A stretch of 64,000 nucleotides of DNA from Bacteriovorax stolpii (GCA_945881775.1 CAMCVE010000001.1:63836-127835); one strand, 5' to 3'. Positions 26,980 to 36,830 are shown, counted from the stretch's first letter. Notes: generated by a model not told the origin, from the sequence alone. Translations and numbers: made by a program.

Positions 26980-28592
26980 TTCTTAGCGTAAGCCTTCTTC
27001 TTGGAGTAGGTGGTTTTCTTTTTGAAAGGGGCGTTGCCACCTTCCACGCGAGGTTTATGGTCACGATCGCCTTTAGGACGCGACGACGGAGCCGCACCTG
27101 CTGCTGCTGCAACATAAGGGCGCTTCTCGGCATAGGGGCGCTTTTCTTGGTAAGGACGCGAAGGACCTTGATCACGACGAGGTCCGCGCTCATCACGCTG
27201 AGGGCGATCGCCGTAGTCGTTACGAGGGCGCGAAGGAGGACCCGAGCGTTCGGAACGATCGGGAGTCATCACTTCACTGAAATCTTTAGGAGGTGCACTG
27301 CTAAAGAAATCAGGCATTGCGAGACATAGGAAGCGACCCGCAATTTCCTCAGGCAGCATGTCCGTAATTTGAGCGAGCCAGTCGTCGTTCATCAACTCTG
27401 TGGCCTTGAGGTGCGACGAGGCGGCGAGGAAGCGTGTCAGAAGCTGCGACACGCGTTTTTGACCCACATCACGACGCGAAGGAACCATCGCTTCGATGAT
27501 GCGAGACTTCGTGAGGCGCTCGATGCGCTGGAGCAATCCCTTGTGACTCGCAGTCACGAGACTGATGGCGTAGCCCTTCTTTCCGCTACGAGCTGTGCGG
27601 CCGATGCGGTGGACGTAGCTGTCGAGTTCGCGTGGAAGCGAGTAGTTGATCACGTGCGTGATATCTTTGACGTCGAGGCCGCGCGAAGCGACGTCGGTGC
27701 AGATCAGCACGTTCACGCTGCGATCGCGGTAGGCTTGCATGGTTCGCTCGCGTGAGCGCTGATCCTTGTCGCCATGGAGACAGTCGGCCTTGTAACCCTT
27801 GTCGATCAGGTAATCCGTAAGGTCGGTCACAAGCGCTTTGGTCTGACAGAAGATGATCCCGTAGAAATCGTCGGCCATGTCGATGATCTTGCAGATGATC
27901 TCGGGCTTGTTGGATTCTTTGGTGAAGTAATAAATCTGCTCAACTGTTTGGGAGAGCATCTCGGTGCGGTTGACCTGCACTTGTGCGGGCTTGGTGAGAT
28001 AAGTGTCGGCGACGCGGCGAACATCGGGACTCATGGTGGCCGAGAAGAGCCACACATTGGACGACTCACGCGGAGTTTTCGACAAAATCGCGTCGAGCTC
28101 GTCGCGGAAACCCATGGAGATCATTTCGTCGGCTTCGTCGAGAATGACCGTCGAGAGCTCGCCCAGTTGGAGCGTGCCCTTTTCGATGTGATCGATGAGT
28201 CGACCGGGGGTACCAACGACCACGGGAGCGCCATGTCGAAGGCCGTCGATTTGATCGCGATAGCCAGAGCCTCCGTAGATCGGGAGAGCTTTGACGCCTT
28301 TGTGCTTGCCGAGGAGATTGATCTGACCGCTCACCTGAAGAGCAAGTTCACGCGTGGGGCAGAGCACGAGCGCCTGAACGTTTTTGTTCTTCGGGTCGAT
28401 GCGCTCGAGCATGGGAATGGAGTATGCGGCGGTTTTGCCGGTTCCTGTTGCTGCAAGTCCGATAAAATCGGTCGCATCTCCGAGTAGGATCGGCAAGGCC
28501 TGCGCCTGGATAGGACTTGGTTTTTCGTAACCAAGTTCTTCGATGGATTTTGCGAGGGCCGGACTGAGATTGAGTTCTTTGAATGATTCCAT
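26976..28592 (-). CDS. DEAD-box ATP-dependent RNA helicase with an RG/basic-rich C-terminal tail
   Basis: Q motif, AxTGTGKT, DEAD, SAT and HRIGRTAR motifs are present. The C-terminal 110 aa or so are low-complexity (RPRNDYGDRPQRDERGPRRDQG...KKKAYAKK). Confidence 0.85.
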   Translation of the reverse strand: MESFKELNLSPALAKSIEELGYEKPSPIQAQALPILLGDATDFIGLAATGTGKTAAYSIPMLERIDPKNKNVQALVLCPTRELALQVSGQINLLGKHKGVKALPIYGGSGYRDQIDGLRHGAPVVVGTPGRLIDHIEKGTLQLGELSTVILDEADEMISMGFRDELDAILSKTPRESSNVWLFSATMSPDVRRVADTYLTKPAQVQVNRTEMLSQTVEQIYYFTKESNKPEIICKIIDMADDFYGIIFCQTKALVTDLTDYLIDKGYKADCLHGDKDQRSRERTMQAYRDRSVNVLICTDVASRGLDVKDITHVINYSLPRELDSYVHRIGRTARSGKKGYAISLVTASHKGLLQRIERLTKSRIIEAMVPSRRDVGQKRVSQLLTRFLAASSHLKATELMNDDWLAQITDMLPEEIAGRFLCLAMPDFFSSAPPKDFSEVMTPDRSERSGPPSRPRNDYGDRPQRDERGPRRDQGPSRPYQEKRPYAEKRPYVAAAAGAAPSSRPKGDRDHKPRVEGGNAPFKKKTTYSKKKAYAKK

Positions 28593-28719
28593 ATCGGGGG
28601 TGCTACTTTCGGGGTTGGATTGCGGGAGTGTCTAGCACAGATCGGGGTTCGGGCGCCCGACTTTTATGCATGAATTGAGGCCCCCACCCTGTTTACGGGA
28701 GGGGGTCGGATGAAAATTC

Positions 28720-28737
28720 AAGTCTTAGGTAAGACTT
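28720..28737 (-). terminator. possible weak intrinsic terminator after the rhlE-like gene
   Basis: Perfect 18-bp palindrome AAGTCTTA-GG-TAAGACTT lies 10 nt past the stop. On the minus transcript it is followed by GAAUUUUC. The stem is short and AT-rich. Confidence 0.3.
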
Positions 28738-28747
28738 TAGAACGCGT

Positions 28748-30436
28748 TTACTTGTCGTTAGAGCCGGTGAGGCGTTTCCACCAGGACTTCTTTTCGGGCA
28801 CGGAAGCCTGACTCGAATCAGAGCGTGTGGACCCCTCGGAACGAGATCCGCCCCCACCGCGACCGCGTCCGCCGCGGCGACCACGTGACTTAGCCCCTGC
28901 AGAGGAAGAGGCCTGTTGGCCCGAAGAACGCGAGGAATTGGAAGACGGGCCCCCGGCGCTGCGGGCACCCTCGGGACGCGAGCCACGGCCCGAATTCGCG
29001 GGCCTAGCAGAGTTCGAACGGGCTTGAGTCGGGCGAGCCTCTGAACTCGGGCGCTCAGAACCGGAGCGCTCGGGACGGCGATTCTCAGAACTCCGGGCGT
29101 TGCCGGCAAAGGCACTGGGACGAGGGGCCGCACTGCGCTCACCCGAAGGGCGAGACTCGCCGCGATCAGAGCGGGGAGCCCCCCTGCCCTGAGGGCGAGA
29201 TTGAGGGCGACCACGGCCACCGCCTCCTTGGCGAGGGGGACGAGCTTCTTCTTTTTCGGGCTTTGTGGGCACATAGGTGCCTGAAGCATAAGGATTGTTC
29301 GTCTCAACTCGGATCTTCTGACGGATCAGGCGCTCGATATCACGAAGGTATTCGCGCTCTTCTTGGTCGCAGAACGAGAAACTTTTACCTTCTGCTCCTG
29401 CACGAGCCGTACGACCGATGCGGTGGACGTAGGTCTCTGGGATATTGGGGAGTTCATAGTTAATCACGTGGGTCACGCCATCGATGTCGATCCCGCGGGC
29501 TGCGATGTCTGTGGCCACAAGCACGCGCGTGTCTCCGCGTTTGAAATTATCGAGAGCGCGCACGCGATTGTTTTGGGATTTGTTTCCGTGGATCGCTTCG
29601 GCGGTGATACCTGCAGCATTGAGGTAGCGGGTCACGCGGTCGGCACCGTGCTTGGTGCGCGTGAACACGAGCGCCATTTTAACGGCCGCGTCCTGCATGA
29701 GATGCTGCAAGAGGAAGCGTTTGCCTTCTTTGCTGTCGACCATGTACACGGACTGGTCAATTTTCTCCGCGGTTGTGGCCACAGGGGTGACCTCGACCTT
29801 GACGGGGTTCGAGAGAATCTCGTTCGCGAGGCGCTGGATGTCGGGCGGCATCGTCGCCGAGAAAAAGAGCGACTGACGCTGTTTGGGGATGAGCTTCAAG
29901 ACGCGCTTCACGTCGTGGATGAATCCCATGTCGAGCATGCGGTCTGCTTCATCGAGAACGAAAATTTTAAGGTCCGAGAAAGAGACGTGCCCCTGGTCGA
30001 TGAGATCGAGGAGACGACCAGGAGTGGCGACAAGAATATCGACGCCTTTGCGGAGCGCGCTCACTTGGGCACCTTGGCCGACGCCACCAAAAATCACGGT
30101 CGTGGAAAGCCCCAGGTTGGCGCCGTAGCGTGCGAAACTTTCTTCGATCTGCGCAGCGAGTTCACGCGTGGGCGTGAGCACAAGGCAGCGGATTTTGCGA
30201 CGGGCGGTGGCCTGAGAGTCAGCAGAGAGTCGTTGCAAGATCGGCAAAGCGAAAGCGGCGGTCTTGCCGGTTCCGGTTTGAGCACACCCGAGAAGATCGC
30301 GACCTTCGAGAACATGCGGGATGGCCTGCCGCTGAATCGGCGTGGGCTGGGTGTAACCTTCTTGGTGCAGAGCTTTCAGGAGGGGCTCGATCAGAGCGAG
30401 GGATTCAAAACGAGGAGAAGTATCAGTGCTATTCAT
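28748..30436 (-). CDS. rhlE: DEAD-box ATP-dependent RNA helicase RhlE-like with a roughly 190 aa RGG/SR-rich disordered tail
   Basis: The core is close to E. coli RhlE over its whole length, from memory ([13 protein letters not shown]..., [24 protein letters not shown]). The tail is [16 protein letters not shown]...[19 protein letters not shown]. Confidence 0.8.
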   Translation of the reverse strand: MNSTDTSPRFESLALIEPLLKALHQEGYTQPTPIQRQAIPHVLEGRDLLGCAQTGTGKTAAFALPILQRLSADSQATARRKIRCLVLTPTRELAAQIEESFARYGANLGLSTTVIFGGVGQGAQVSALRKGVDILVATPGRLLDLIDQGHVSFSDLKIFVLDEADRMLDMGFIHDVKRVLKLIPKQRQSLFFSATMPPDIQRLANEILSNPVKVEVTPVATTAEKIDQSVYMVDSKEGKRFLLQHLMQDAAVKMALVFTRTKHGADRVTRYLNAAGITAEAIHGNKSQNNRVRALDNFKRGDTRVLVATDIAARGIDIDGVTHVINYELPNIPETYVHRIGRTARAGAEGKSFSFCDQEEREYLRDIERLIRQKIRVETNNPYASGTYVPTKPEKEEARPPRQGGGGRGRPQSRPQGRGAPRSDRGESRPSGERSAAPRPSAFAGNARSSENRRPERSGSERPSSEARPTQARSNSARPANSGRGSRPEGARSAGGPSSNSSRSSGQQASSSAGAKSRGRRGGRGRGGGGSRSEGSTRSDSSQASVPEKKSWWKRLTGSNDK

Positions 30437-30512
30437 TGCGGGGGACCCTAGTGTGGAACGTCCTCGGAGTCGACTTGATAACGCGGATGAGGGGTTCTAG
30501 GACCTAATTTCC

Positions 30513-33500
30513 ATGATTCCCGCTCCTTTGATCGCTGAATTCTTCAAGGCCGTACAAGAAGAGGCCTTGCCTGCGATCTGGTCACAGGGGGTGACCCTCA
30601 CGAGGGGGAATTCTAGTTTTGTGGCTTCCAAGCTCGATGCGGATGAATGCGTGGTCCACGTGCGCACCCCCGGCCATCCCGTAAGCCCTAAGGTCAGCCT
30701 TTGGCCTCGTGGCATGGAATGGGACTGCGACTGCTCAAGTTCGGAGAGCCCCTGCCCGCACGTCGCAGCCTCTGTGATCATGATGAAACGCGGAGAGCTC
30801 AAAGTATTGTCGGGGGAGAGTCCGGCTGCAGATTCGCAAGCAGACGCTGCGGCATCGAACCTGGCACAACTTCGCTACGTCTTTCGGCGTAGCCCCGAAG
30901 GCCTTCGTCTCGAAAGGCAACTAGCGGCCCACGGCAAAGGGCAGCTGCTAACTCAGTCACTACTCGCCTACAAATCTGGGATCGACTCCAAAAGAATCGC
31001 AGGCCCTGATGTGATGGCTTCAAAAGCCGATTTCGCTGTAGACCAAGTCCTGAAGAACTACTTGGGCGGGCCCTTAGAGCGGCTACGCCTTGAGGCTCTC
31101 TTCCGCGCTTTCGAGTCGGATCAGAGTTTCTTGCTCGATGATCGCCCCATCCAAATTTCGAGCTCCCGCCTCCTCGCTCAATACGAATGCGTCGACGAAG
31201 CTGATGGCTATCGTCTGCGTCGCGTGGTGAACCCGCTCATCACCGAAACGTTTCGTCATGGAGTCGCGCTCTGCACAGACACTTTGCGCCTCATGAACTC
31301 GACCCAGCTCGCACCCGATGAGCAAAAACTTGCTGAGGGTGCAGGCACTTTCTGGGGAGCGGATAAAGAAAAAGTTCTTTTTGGCGACGTGATTCCTCGT
31401 CTTCAAAAAAAGGTGTCGATCGAGATTTCGAGCCTCAAGCGCCCCCAAACTCTAGAGATCCCCCCACGTGTCGAACTCCGACTCGAGAAGCAGCTAGTCC
31501 CTACGGGAGAAACCGCACTTTCGGTGCTCGCCAATATCGTCTACGGCGATCCCGCGATCGCACAACTCAACTACGCAAACCTCGAGCTTGTACCCGTTCA
31601 GGATTTCCGCTCTCAGCGCGTCGCCCAGGTGATACGTCGCAACGTCGAAGAAGAGCGCCGTCTCATGCAGCGTCTTGCGCGCGAGCTCGACCTTCAACCC
31701 GGTCGACGCATCGAAATTCGTGGAGCCGAGGCAATCGCCTTTGTCCGAAAAACCAAGGAATGGTCGCCTGTCGGCGACGGAGCAGAGCTCTTCAAGGTCG
31801 AAGGACGCAGCCTGGTCCCTCGCCTTCAGGTCGTTGAGAAGAGCGGCTACGCGGTCTCAATGAGTTTTGTTTCCGAGGGGAGCGCAGACGGCGCCGAGGC
31901 TAGCTTCGAGACGGTTTTCAAAGCTTGGCAGCGAGGCGAAGAACACGTTCCACTTCTCGATGGAACTTGGGCGAAGCTCCCTCGCGACTGGCTCATGCGC
32001 CATGGTCGCCGGATCGCGGAGTTCCTCGCAGCTCGCGAGGCCCAAGACAAAGTCCCACCCACGCGACTGCCGGAACTCGCCAGGCTCTGCGACGACATGG
32101 GTGCAAGCTACCCCGACTCCCTGAAGAAGCTGCGAGATCTCCTCCAGAACTTCGAATCGATCGGAGATTTCCCTCTACCCACAGATCTCACCGCCGAGCT
32201 GCGTGGTTATCAGAGAAAGGGCGTCAACTGGCTGAGTTTCCTAAGGGAAGCCGAGCTCGGCGCCATGCTTGCCGATGACATGGGCCTCGGTAAGACGCTT
32301 CAAGCCCTCTGCGCTCTCCAAGGCAAGTGTCTGGTTGTCGCCCCTACGAGTGTGCTCTTTAACTGGGCGGCTGAAATCGCGAAGTTCCGCCCAGGGCTGA
32401 GAGTGTCGCTTTTCTACGGAACCAAGCGCTCGCTCGATGAAACGTCAGATGTCGTCCTCACCAGTTACGGGGTCCTTCGAATGGAGCAAGAGCGACTCGC
32501 AACGAGGCTTTGGGATACGATTGTGCTCGACGAGGCCCAGACTATCAAGAATCCCGAAAGCCAAGTGGCGCGCGCCGCACATTCACTCCAAGGAAAGTTT
32601 CGAGTCACTCTAAGCGGTACGCCTGTCGAGAACCGCCTCGACGATTTGTGGAGCCAGTTCCATTTTATCAATCCCGGTCTTCTTGGGCGTCGCGAAGAAT
32701 TCCTCGAAAAATTCGCCAGGCCTATTGGTGGCGGCGATCTTGAGGCCGCCGCAAGACTCAAGGCGCGCATCAAACCCTTCATTTTGCGTCGCTTGAAGCG
32801 CGAGGTGGCCCCTGAACTTCCTGCACGTACCGAAACGGTCCTGCACTGCGAACTGAGTCCGGAGGAGCGCTCGGTTTATGAAATGATTCTGGCTTCGACT
32901 CGTAAAGAGGTCCTTGCGACTCTCGAAGGGGGCGGGAGCATCTTGAAAGCCCTCGAGGTGATTTTACGCCTGCGCCAAGCGTGTTGTCATCGGGGGCTTA
33001 TCCCTGGAGAAGAAGCTTCAGAATCGTCGAAAACTACTTTGCTCATGGAGACTCTCGAGGAATCACTTTCCGAAGGCCACAAAAGCCTCGTGTTCTCACA
33101 GTGGACCTCTTACCTAGACAAAATAGGCGACGAGCTTGAGGTGCGCGGCATCCGCTTCTCTCGCATCGATGGCTCCACTCGCGACAGGCAAGGACTCGTC
33201 AATGAGTTCCAAACTGCGGGCGGACCTCCGATCATGCTCATTTCACTCAAAGCCGGCGGCGTGGGACTCACGCTGACTGCGGCCGATCACGTGTTCATCA
33301 TGGACCCTTGGTGGAACCCGGCCGTCGAAGATCAAGCTGCGGACCGCGCGCATCGCATCGGTCAGCAAAACCCCGTAATGATTCATCGACTCGTTGCCCG
33401 GGAAAGTATCGAAGAAAAAATCCTAGTTCTGCAGGAATCCAAGAAAGACCTCGCTCGCGCCGTGCTCGACGAGGGAGCTGCAGCCCTCAGCCTTACGCGC

Positions 33501-33527
33501 CAAGATATCCTCAACCTCTTGAACTAA
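30513..33527 (+). CDS. SNF2-family DNA-dependent ATPase/helicase with an N-terminal SWIM zinc finger
   Basis: SWIM CxC...CxH motif (CDCSSSESPCPHVAAS). SNF2_N motifs (LADDMGLGKTLQAL, DEAQTIKN) and helicase-C motifs (VFSQWT, ADHVFIMDPWWNPAVEDQAADRAHRIGQ) are present. Confidence 0.8.
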   Translation: MIPAPLIAEFFKAVQEEALPAIWSQGVTLTRGNSSFVASKLDADECVVHVRTPGHPVSPKVSLWPRGMEWDCDCSSSESPCPHVAASVIMMKRGELKVLSGESPAADSQADAAASNLAQLRYVFRRSPEGLRLERQLAAHGKGQLLTQSLLAYKSGIDSKRIAGPDVMASKADFAVDQVLKNYLGGPLERLRLEALFRAFESDQSFLLDDRPIQISSSRLLAQYECVDEADGYRLRRVVNPLITETFRHGVALCTDTLRLMNSTQLAPDEQKLAEGAGTFWGADKEKVLFGDVIPRLQKKVSIEISSLKRPQTLEIPPRVELRLEKQLVPTGETALSVLANIVYGDPAIAQLNYANLELVPVQDFRSQRVAQVIRRNVEEERRLMQRLARELDLQPGRRIEIRGAEAIAFVRKTKEWSPVGDGAELFKVEGRSLVPRLQVVEKSGYAVSMSFVSEGSADGAEASFETVFKAWQRGEEHVPLLDGTWAKLPRDWLMRHGRRIAEFLAAREAQDKVPPTRLPELARLCDDMGASYPDSLKKLRDLLQNFESIGDFPLPTDLTAELRGYQRKGVNWLSFLREAELGAMLADDMGLGKTLQALCALQGKCLVVAPTSVLFNWAAEIAKFRPGLRVSLFYGTKRSLDETSDVVLTSYGVLRMEQERLATRLWDTIVLDEAQTIKNPESQVARAAHSLQGKFRVTLSGTPVENRLDDLWSQFHFINPGLLGRREEFLEKFARPIGGGDLEAAARLKARIKPFILRRLKREVAPELPARTETVLHCELSPEERSVYEMILASTRKEVLATLEGGGSILKALEVILRLRQACCHRGLIPGEEASESSKTTLLMETLEESLSEGHKSLVFSQWTSYLDKIGDELEVRGIRFSRIDGSTRDRQGLVNEFQTAGGPPIMLISLKAGGVGLTLTAADHVFIMDPWWNPAVEDQAADRAHRIGQQNPVMIHRLVARESIEEKILVLQESKKDLARAVLDEGAAALSLTRQDILNLLN

Positions 33528-33838
33528 ACTTCGCAGCTGATCGCCGCGTCGCATAGAATTTAAATTCAAGGACGCCGCCACGGGGTAAAAGTTTTCCGAG
33601 TGGCAAGTGCGGGCGTACGCGAAACTCAACTCGCTAGAGGCCCTGGGTTTCCTGAGTCGAAGATTTACATAAGTCCTTCCCTCGCAAGCCATTCTCAACC
33701 GCGTGCTTGCCGACATGAGTACGGCGCTCTCAGGCCGTATCCCAATTCCCTCACCGGCGAGGTGTTAATAATTAAAGCCACCCATCAAATAAGCGTCCCT
33801 CTAGGATGCCTCCCAAAAATTTGCTAGGTTTTGGCAAG

Positions 33839-35404
33839 ATGTCCGACCAAAAAAACAATCCCGCCAAACAGGCCCTTCCTCAGAACGCCATCAGCCCCCG
33901 TAGAGCGGAAGATTTCCCCGAATGGTTCCAGCAGGTCATTAAGGCCGCAGACATGGCCGAAAACTCCGAAGTGCGCGGCTGCATGGTCATCAAGCCCTGG
34001 GGTTACGGCGTCTGGGAACAGATCCAGTCTCAAATGGACAAGCTCTTCAAGAAGACCGGACACAAGAACGCCTACTTTCCCCTCCTGATTCCTGTGAGCT
34101 ACATGGAGCGCGAAGCCTCGCACGTCGACGGCTTTGCCACCGAGTGTGCCGTCGTAACCCACCATCGTCTCGAAGCCGTAAAGCAACCCGACGGTTCCGT
34201 GAAAATGAAACCCGCAGGCGAACTCGCCGAGCCCTACATCATCCGCCCAACCTCGGAGACCATCATCGGTGCCGCCTTCGCGCGTTGGGTGTCGAGTTAC
34301 CGTGATCTTCCGCTGCTCATTAACCAGTGGTGCAACGTCATGCGCTGGGAGATGCGCCCTCGCCTTTTCCTAAGAACGGCTGAGTTTCTGTGGCAAGAAG
34401 GTCACACGGCTCACGAGACCTCTGATGAGGCCGTGAAGGAAACTCTCCTTATGCTCGACGTCTATGAATCTTTCATGCGGGACCAACTCGCGCTGCCCGT
34501 CATTAAAGGCGAGAAAACTGAGTCTGAGCGTTTCCCCGGAGCCTTGAGCACTTATTGCGTTGAGACTATGGTTCAAGACCGAAAGGCCATTCAGGCCGGA
34601 ACGAGCCACTTCCTCGGACAGAATTTCGCCAAGGCGTGCGGCATTCAGTTCCAAGGACGCAGTGGCTCACAGGAGCATGCGTGGACAACAAGTTGGGGCG
34701 TCAGCACGCGCATGATCGGAACGATGATCATGACTCACGCAGACGACGACGGGATGATTATGCCCCCACGAATTGCACCCACCCACGTGGTCATTGTCCC
34801 GATCACTCCCAAAGAAGACACCCGCGATGCCGTCCTTGCGATGGCACAAGACTTTGCCAAGCGCCTCGGCGAGCGGAGTTTTGCAGGTCGCCAGATCGAA
34901 GTGGAAGTCGACGCTCGCGACAAAAACGGCGGCGAGAAAAGCTGGGAGTGGATCAAAAAAGGGGTGCCTGTTCGAATTGAAATTGGCCCTCGCGACATGC
35001 AAGAGGGCAAGGTTGCACTTGCTCGTCGTGACCGAGCCCACAAACAAAAGGACTTCCTTCTTGTGGAGGAGGCTCTCGAGAAACTTCCAAGTATTCTGCA
35101 AGAGATTCAGGACTCACTCCTCGCAAGAGCCCGAGAGCACCAGAACGCCCACATGAAAAAAATCGATTCACTTGAAGAGTTTAAAAAATTCTTCACACCC
35201 ACCAACGAAGACAAGCCTGAAATTCATGGGGGTTTTGCGCTTTGCCACTGGGCAGGCTCCAAAGACGACGAAGCCAAGATCAAAGCCGATCTCAAGGTCA
35301 CCATCCGCTGCGTGCCGTTTGCCGATTCCTTCAAAGAAAGTGGAACTTGCTTTGTGAGCGGCAAGCCCTCAAAGCAACGCGTGATTTTCGCAAAATCCTA
35401 CTGA
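33839..35404 (+). CDS. proS: proline--tRNA ligase, archaeal/eukaryotic-like type
   Basis: FPEWFQQVIKAADMAENSEVRGCMVIKPWGYGVWE is typical of the archaeal-type ProRS N-terminus. There is no bacterial INS editing domain. A C-terminal Zn-binding-like segment ends in ...KSY with a terminal Tyr. An alternative ATG exists at 33806. Confidence 0.9.
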   Translation: MSDQKNNPAKQALPQNAISPRRAEDFPEWFQQVIKAADMAENSEVRGCMVIKPWGYGVWEQIQSQMDKLFKKTGHKNAYFPLLIPVSYMEREASHVDGFATECAVVTHHRLEAVKQPDGSVKMKPAGELAEPYIIRPTSETIIGAAFARWVSSYRDLPLLINQWCNVMRWEMRPRLFLRTAEFLWQEGHTAHETSDEAVKETLLMLDVYESFMRDQLALPVIKGEKTESERFPGALSTYCVETMVQDRKAIQAGTSHFLGQNFAKACGIQFQGRSGSQEHAWTTSWGVSTRMIGTMIMTHADDDGMIMPPRIAPTHVVIVPITPKEDTRDAVLAMAQDFAKRLGERSFAGRQIEVEVDARDKNGGEKSWEWIKKGVPVRIEIGPRDMQEGKVALARRDRAHKQKDFLLVEEALEKLPSILQEIQDSLLARAREHQNAHMKKIDSLEEFKKFFTPTNEDKPEIHGGFALCHWAGSKDDEAKIKADLKVTIRCVPFADSFKESGTCFVSGKPSKQRVIFAKSY

Positions 35405-35528
35405 CTCGCGTCGGGCGAGACAATGTCTCGTACCGTTGCTACTTGTAGGTAGATGCGATCACCAGACTGAGCATTTCACAAGACAGGGTGAAAGCTTCTT
35501 CGCCAAAAGAAGAACGTTAACCTTGCTA

Positions 35529-36041
35529 TCAGTCTAAATTTTCGGCGAGTTTTTTTTGCGCCAAAAGAACGATCCGAGCGCTGGCGCGGGCATCTGACAA
35601 GGCCTCGTGGTGATTCAGCTCGATACCCAGGACCTGACAAACGTTAGAAAGTTTCGTTGGGTAAATGCCAAAAACCCGTCTCGCGATCTGAACGGTGCAG
35701 TGGAAGGGATTTGAAGGCACGCGATAGCCCGCCGCTAAACAGCACGCATGCAAAACCTTGCGGTCGAAGGGGGCGTTGTGCGCCACAAAGTCCTCGATTC
35801 CGCGGGAAAAATTCTGAAGCTCGGGCCAGAGCTCAGAAAAACTTGGCGCTGTGGCCACATCCCTCAGAGTGAGTCCGTGGATGTGCGTGAAGAGCATGCG
35901 ATCACGCGGCGGCTTAATCAGGCGGACCATCTCATCAACAATTTGACCCGCTTCAACGCGCACCAACCCGACCGAGCAGGCACTGTCGGCTTCGTTGTCG
36001 GCGGTTTCGAAGTCAATGGCGACAAAACGTTGAAGATCCAT
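35529..36041 (-). CDS. DnaQ-like 3'-5' exonuclease domain protein (DEDDh)
   Basis: Exo I motif (AIDFETAD), Exo II (FVAHNAPFD) and Exo III (HEALSDARASARI). The start was chosen at the internal Met (MDLQRF...). Confidence 0.7.
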   Translation of the reverse strand: MDLQRFVAIDFETADNEADSACSVGLVRVEAGQIVDEMVRLIKPPRDRMLFTHIHGLTLRDVATAPSFSELWPELQNFSRGIEDFVAHNAPFDRKVLHACCLAAGYRVPSNPFHCTVQIARRVFGIYPTKLSNVCQVLGIELNHHEALSDARASARIVLLAQKKLAENLD

Positions 36042-36192
36042 AGAGCTCAGTGTTCTACCAGATCCTTCGCCACACAAAACAGTCCGGCGTTAAGAAAGTC
36101 TCGGGACAAGACCGTGGTCGAGAACTTTTTGGATCGCTCGCACGTGGTGTGCGCTTCTTGCGTTTTGAACATCTGTGCCTTAAAGCTTCGCT

Positions 36193-36816
36193 ATGAGCCG
36201 TCGCCGCAAACCGGAAGCTCGTTGTCCGACCTGCCGCATGCGCCAGGAACTGTGCCTGTGCTCGGAAATCGCAGCATTTCGCGCACTGAAGCTCAGCTCA
36301 CCACGGGTCACAGTGCTCATGCATCACCGCGAAGCCCAGCTCACAACGAACACAGCTCATCTGGCAGCGCTTCTGCTACCTCGCTGCGAGATCCATGTCC
36401 GAGGCGAAGTGGGTCGAACGCTCGACGCCTCCGCGATCCTCAACCCCAACGAGTCTCCTCTGCTTCTTTATCCAAGCGAACAGGCACGACCCCTCACCGC
36501 AGCTCTTGTCTCCGAGCTCGACAAACCGGTGTGTCTCATTGTGCCCGACGGGAGCTGGAGACAGGCCTCGAAGGTGGCCAAGCGAGAGAGTTTCCTGGCC
36601 CACGTGCCGCATGTGACTTTGAATGCGGATGCGCCCACACGCTACCTTCTCAGACGAGAGCCCAAGGCCGATGGACTCGCAACTTTCGAAGCGATCGCTC
36701 GAGCCTTGGGTGTGATCGAAGGACCCCGTTTGAGATTGGAAATGGAAAAGGTCTTTACCCTTATGGTCGATCGAACTCTGCGCAGCCGTGAGGGCCGCCA
36801 GCCGATCGACGATTGA
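36193..36816 (+). CDS. DTW-domain tRNA-uridine aminocarboxypropyltransferase-like protein (TapT/YfiP family)
   Basis: N-terminal Cys cluster (CPTCRMRQELCLC) and a DGSW variant of the DTW motif (LIVPDGSWRQA). Size is about 200 aa. Confidence 0.6.
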   Translation: MSRRRKPEARCPTCRMRQELCLCSEIAAFRALKLSSPRVTVLMHHREAQLTTNTAHLAALLLPRCEIHVRGEVGRTLDASAILNPNESPLLLYPSEQARPLTAALVSELDKPVCLIVPDGSWRQASKVAKRESFLAHVPHVTLNADAPTRYLLRREPKADGLATFEAIARALGVIEGPRLRLEMEKVFTLMVDRTLRSREGRQPIDD

Positions 36817-36830
36817 TGAGGGCACTCACT

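Noticed and set aside
27774-28487. 237-aa plus-strand ORF antisense to the DEAD-box helicase gene
   Set aside because: It lies entirely inside a confidently identified helicase gene on the opposite strand, a typical shadow ORF in high-GC DNA. The product has no recognisable features.
28800-29250. Repetitive GC-rich DNA (cgg/ccg/gcg-rich) that at first looked like a possible tandem repeat or spacer array
   Set aside because: It is the coding sequence of the RGG/SR-rich C-terminal tail of the RhlE-like helicase. There are no regularly spaced direct repeats, so it is not CRISPR-like.
33600-33827. 75-aa ORF in the proS leader
   Set aside because: No RBS. The composition is not coding-like and it is more likely part of an untranslated leader.
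35494-35516. Hairpin TTCTTC-gccaaaa-GAAGAA between convergent proS and the exonuclease gene
   Set aside because: The stem is only 6 bp and is AT-rich, and no clear U-tract follows on either strand. It is too weak to call a terminator.
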